Origin: Amoebophrya sp. A120
Lineage: Eukaryota; Protista; Dinoflagellata
Assembly (NCBI GenBank): GCA_905178155.1
Contig: CAJINV010000008.1
Coordinates: 496,001 to 560,000 of the forward strand
Reading direction: 5' to 3'
Length of the DNA: 64,000 nt
Each line of letters opens with the position of its first letter. The first letter of the stretch is position 1. The translations under genes were made by a program, and so were the position numbers. This document shows, in pieces, positions 60,443 through 64,000 of this stretch. Under the pieces are notes generated by a model that saw nothing but the letters and a program-made list of their open reading frames with translations, made no database searches and was not told the DNA's origin.

Positions 60443-61601
60443 TTACAAGTCTCCACGCGGCACCACCCAATTGATCTTGTGCTCGGGTGCCTCGAGGTAG
60501 AACAACCGCATGTCTTCGCAGTAGAAAGCAACCTGCGTCCCCACCATCTGCACAATCCAGAGCGCTGTCGAAGTTTAGTAGTTGCTTCAATTTATCATTT
60601 GTATGCACCTACGTAGTTTCTTACGTGGCTCATGATTTTTCTACTTACATCTGTTTCTGCAACCCCAACCAAGAACTGTAATTATATCAAAGCAAAAATA
60701 TACCGATGAGCATCCCCAGGAACCACTCACGGAAGTAGTATCTGGTGTAGTATTCACCTCGAACACGTTGCCGGAAACTCATCCACTTCGATTCCCAGTC
60801 TATCTCCTTCGACTTCGCGACCTCTTCCTCCGTTCGGTACGGCAAAGCAAGCTTTGAGCGGTGCACACGGAGCGGCTTGGCGTGCGAGTAAAACATTTCT
60901 TCGTAGTCTGGAAAAGTCATTTTACCTGCACAGAGTTAGTTTTGATTCGTTTCTTTTACAATTCGCCACGCAGTGGTGGCGAATCAGCGTCAACACCGAT
61001 CGCAATCATGAAGCACTCTTTCTGCACCTTTGATCAACTTTTCCATCCAAGGCTTCATCGATGGGGTCTCTTCGCCGAGCTTCTTCAGAAAGGGAAAGTA
61101 CTCTGGCGGGACATGATACCTGAAATGAAAAGATATCGATCCTCCAGTCGTTGCCACGGCAGCACTGAAACTGACTGCAATTGCAGCACTTTTGTCTTTT
61201 TACACAAAGGGCCAACTTCGTTCCCGAAAACGCAAAGAAAAGGAAAACTATGTCTACGTGTGAGCGATTGTCGTCGACACATCTGGCGGGATGTGTGCAG
61301 GCACTCCGAACTCATCCCGCGGCATGACCTCCCATTCTAAGATTCGGCGTGGGTACCAGGGTCGATCCGCTGTCACCTTGAACGTGCTTGGCATTCCAGG
61401 CCGGTGGAAGGACGCAATGAATTTGTCGTAAAATACTCGGTTCGGTCTCGACAATGTGTGCAACTGTCGCGCGGAGTTTACAGCGGTATTGTTGAATTGC
61501 GGGAGTGTTCTCGGATTCGACTGGTTGAATATACTGCTGGAACTTGCTGACACATGCCTGCCGGCCGGATTTGCAACGAAATTCCTTACGGCACCCAGCA
61601 T
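60443..61601 (-). CDS. Myzozoan cytochrome c oxidase-associated subunit, ApiCox35-like
   Basis: Mitochondrial presequence; PRDEFGVPAHIPP; MTFPDYEEMFY..AKPL; last exon reads DMRLFYLEAPEHKINWVVPRGDL* (stop 60443-60445). Recognised from memory of apicomplexan homologs. Confidence 0.7.
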
Positions 61602-62213
61602 GTTCGCTTGGGCACGCACAAGAAATGTTCTGCGTCCTGGTCGCTGCTGGAACGTGCGCAAAGAACCCTATCTGAACGTCCGGGCAGACAGCTACCCGAC
61701 AACTTTCCGCACGCCTCTGCACGGCACTAGCAACTAGCCCGACGATAACACCGCCATTCTGCGCGAGATTCTTTATAGCGTCCGAAGTTAAGGCTTGCAA
61801 TTCTTGCCGCCTCGAGCGAGACTGTAAACAACTGACAAAAAGAGCAAGGGAAGAACGATGGACACTGAGGCAAATCAATGGAGTTCTCCGACAGCTCAAG
61901 AAACGACAGGGACTTCGTCTTCAAACCAGTACAACGCTCCGAAACTTGCAACAACCTCTCTTGCTTGCGCATGCGTGCCACCTCCTCACAACTACTACGC
62001 GCTAACCTCAGAACGCTGCTACCATCTGACGCATTTTCTTTGAGACATCGCAACAAAAAATGATAGTAGCCTCCGCCTTCCTTATCACGGAAAAACAAAA
62101 AGGCTGACCGTTCCGTCGGAGCGTTCAGTCGTGCCTGATATACCTGCGCCGTGCGTCGAGAGGAATTCGGGGTTTCTTATTGGGGAGTATGTAATGCAGA
62201 AAAAACATACTTT

Positions 62214-63369
62214 CTACCCGTCGTGCCAGTCCGTGATACCGTCGACTGTAATTGAGCCCGCCAAAGGCGTGTCGCGGACGATGCACTTTACGTAGTTCTT
62301 CTTGAAAGTTGCTTCGTATTCCTCACTTTTGTGCATGGAATCCAGCACTTCCAAGTCGTCCTTATCCAACAGAAACTCCATCGTTTTCGCGTCGTTCACA
62401 TCCAGAAGGTTCTCCACGATCCTCTCCTTTGTGCAACTCTTTGGCAGCGCCTGAATGTTCTTTTTCTGTATCCACTGCAACAGCACACGCGAGGGTTTCG
62501 TCTTGTGCTTTTCTGCGATTTTTCGTATTTCCAGTGGCATCTTCTCCGCGCTCAACAGCCGCCCGTCCGCGAAGGGTCGGTACGCCTGAAGTTTGAGACC
62601 CTCGCTCTGAAAAAAGTCAATCGTCTTCTGCCGATACAGCCACGGGCTCACCTCGAACTGGTTGCTGTACGGGCGTACTACCGCCTTCCCTGCTTCCTCC
62701 AGACCGTCCAACTCGGCAACGAGTTCCGTGTAATCTGCGACAGTGTAGTTGGACAAGCCTAGCCGGCGAATGGGCTTCGCGGGGCCGACAAACGGCATCA
62801 GTGCCTTATAGGCTTCGATGTGTTTCTTCTCCGGCACGGGCCAGTGGATCAGAAAGAGGTCAAAGTAGCTCGCCTGCAGGTCCCGCAGCGATTGCTCCAT
62901 CTGCTTCACCACAGCATCTGGGCCCGCGTAAATCGTTGACGTCCAGACCTGGAAAAAGTCAGGAGAAGTTATGCGCAGAAAAACGTCACACGCGAACACT
63001 TACACGAACTGCAACTAGTACTGTAGGTAGAGTATGTGTCGTTACCGGTGGCAATCAAGACGAAAGAACATAGCGAAGATTACTAAGGAGACAAAGATTC
63101 TTCATCAGCAAAACATGTACTTTGCCAATGACATACAGGCTGCCACGGTCCTCCTTCGGCCAGCTCGCCCACAGCGCTTCGCCGACTTCTACCTCATTTC
63201 CGTAAAACTCGGCGCAGTCAAACGCGCGGTAGCCTGCTTGCACCGCATCCCTGATCACTCGCAGCACTTCTGCCTTGTCCGTGGTGTTCGGATCACTGCT
63301 CCGCCCCACCTTGTATGTGCCAAAGGCAAGAAGGGGGAAAAAGTCCGGAGTTTCGTCCTCTGCTGCCAT
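62214..63369 (-). CDS. Aldo/keto reductase
   Basis: LAFGTY, GYRAFDCAEFYGNE, YFDLFLIHWP, LGLSNY, NQFEVSP and LPKS..KERIVEN; one intron. Confidence 0.93.
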
Positions 63370-64000
63370 GATTGTAATTGTTCTTCCTTAAAATTATTGA
63401 AACGGCGATAGGCTGCTGTTGCGTCTTGCCTCAGTATCCGCACTTCTTTGTTCGTGTAGTATGGAAATCTCAATAAATGATCGTCTTCCTTCACATGCCC
63501 ACGCAGCTGCTGGTAATGAATCTCTTCTGATGAAATCTACCGACCACGAGATTGTGTATTACGTGCTTGCAGATCTTCGACTTGCGGTTGCGCGAATGAG
63601 ATCTGCATGATCTTCGTTCGCCAGTAGTTACAGACGCGGTGAACCGGGATCGTCGCTTTTGTTGTCGGTGACAAACCGAAGTGAGCAACAATCAACGTTG
63701 TTAAACGGCGGGATGAACAAATTCAATGCTCGTAAATCTGTAACTAGCAAATCTTGTTCGTGCCTAGGAGCGTCATGCCGCCGGTACCTACGAACTTTGT
63801 GTTGTAAAAGTCCATTTCACTCACAAATCTTACGTAGCAGAAGCAGAGGCCGAAGCAGAAAAAATAGCGGTAGAAGACGTCGATTTCGACGGAATTTTCG
63901 AAGCGGGGGCCTTCAACATGGTCGTTCTGAATACGCCAGTTGGCTTTTTCTCCACGAGATCTGGAGTAGTTACTGCACTTGGGATTAAATTCAAATCCAG

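Noticed and set aside
60676-60703. 28-nt GT-AG micro-intron in the ApiCox35-like gene
   Set aside because: A single longer intron (~60565-60703) gives the in-frame join to the conserved C-terminus; the short one runs into a stop.

Overview
Eukaryotic, intron-rich window from an alveolate, most likely a syndinian dinoflagellate of the Amoebophrya type. This is inferred from a myzozoan ApiCox35-like gene, non-canonical inverted-repeat introns and one-strand gene order. All roughly 13 credible protein genes lie on the minus strand: COG7, a SAM methyltransferase, a RanBP2 zinc-finger protein, a CTR9-like TPR protein, a small mitochondrial membrane protein, a DNAH1-type dynein heavy chain, a Cys-rich protein, a transglutaminase-like protein, an F-BAR protein, a VAMP7-like SNARE, a coiled-coil/SHIPPO-repeat protein, an ApiCox35-like protein and an aldo-keto reductase. 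Two non-coding systems stand out. (1) Twelve MITE-like elements sit inside coding exons and must be spliced as non-canonical introns. They share TAT...ATA termini and 5-bp target duplications and fall into 6 TIR families with a common GCAT(C/G/T)ACA motif. In 10 of 12 the AG acceptor is built from the element's last A plus a flanking G, while the donor dinucleotide appears arbitrary. Ten of 12 occur as pairs around 44-78 nt micro-exons, and one carries a nested insertion with an 8-bp TSD. (2) The CTR9-like gene hosts about 15 box C/D snoRNAs in its introns, including a 10-member tandem cluster with recognisable rRNA guides. A 2.4-kb GC-rich block, a 39-bp direct-repeat-bounded segment and a perfect palindrome remain unexplained. 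Gene coordinates are approximate spans including introns.
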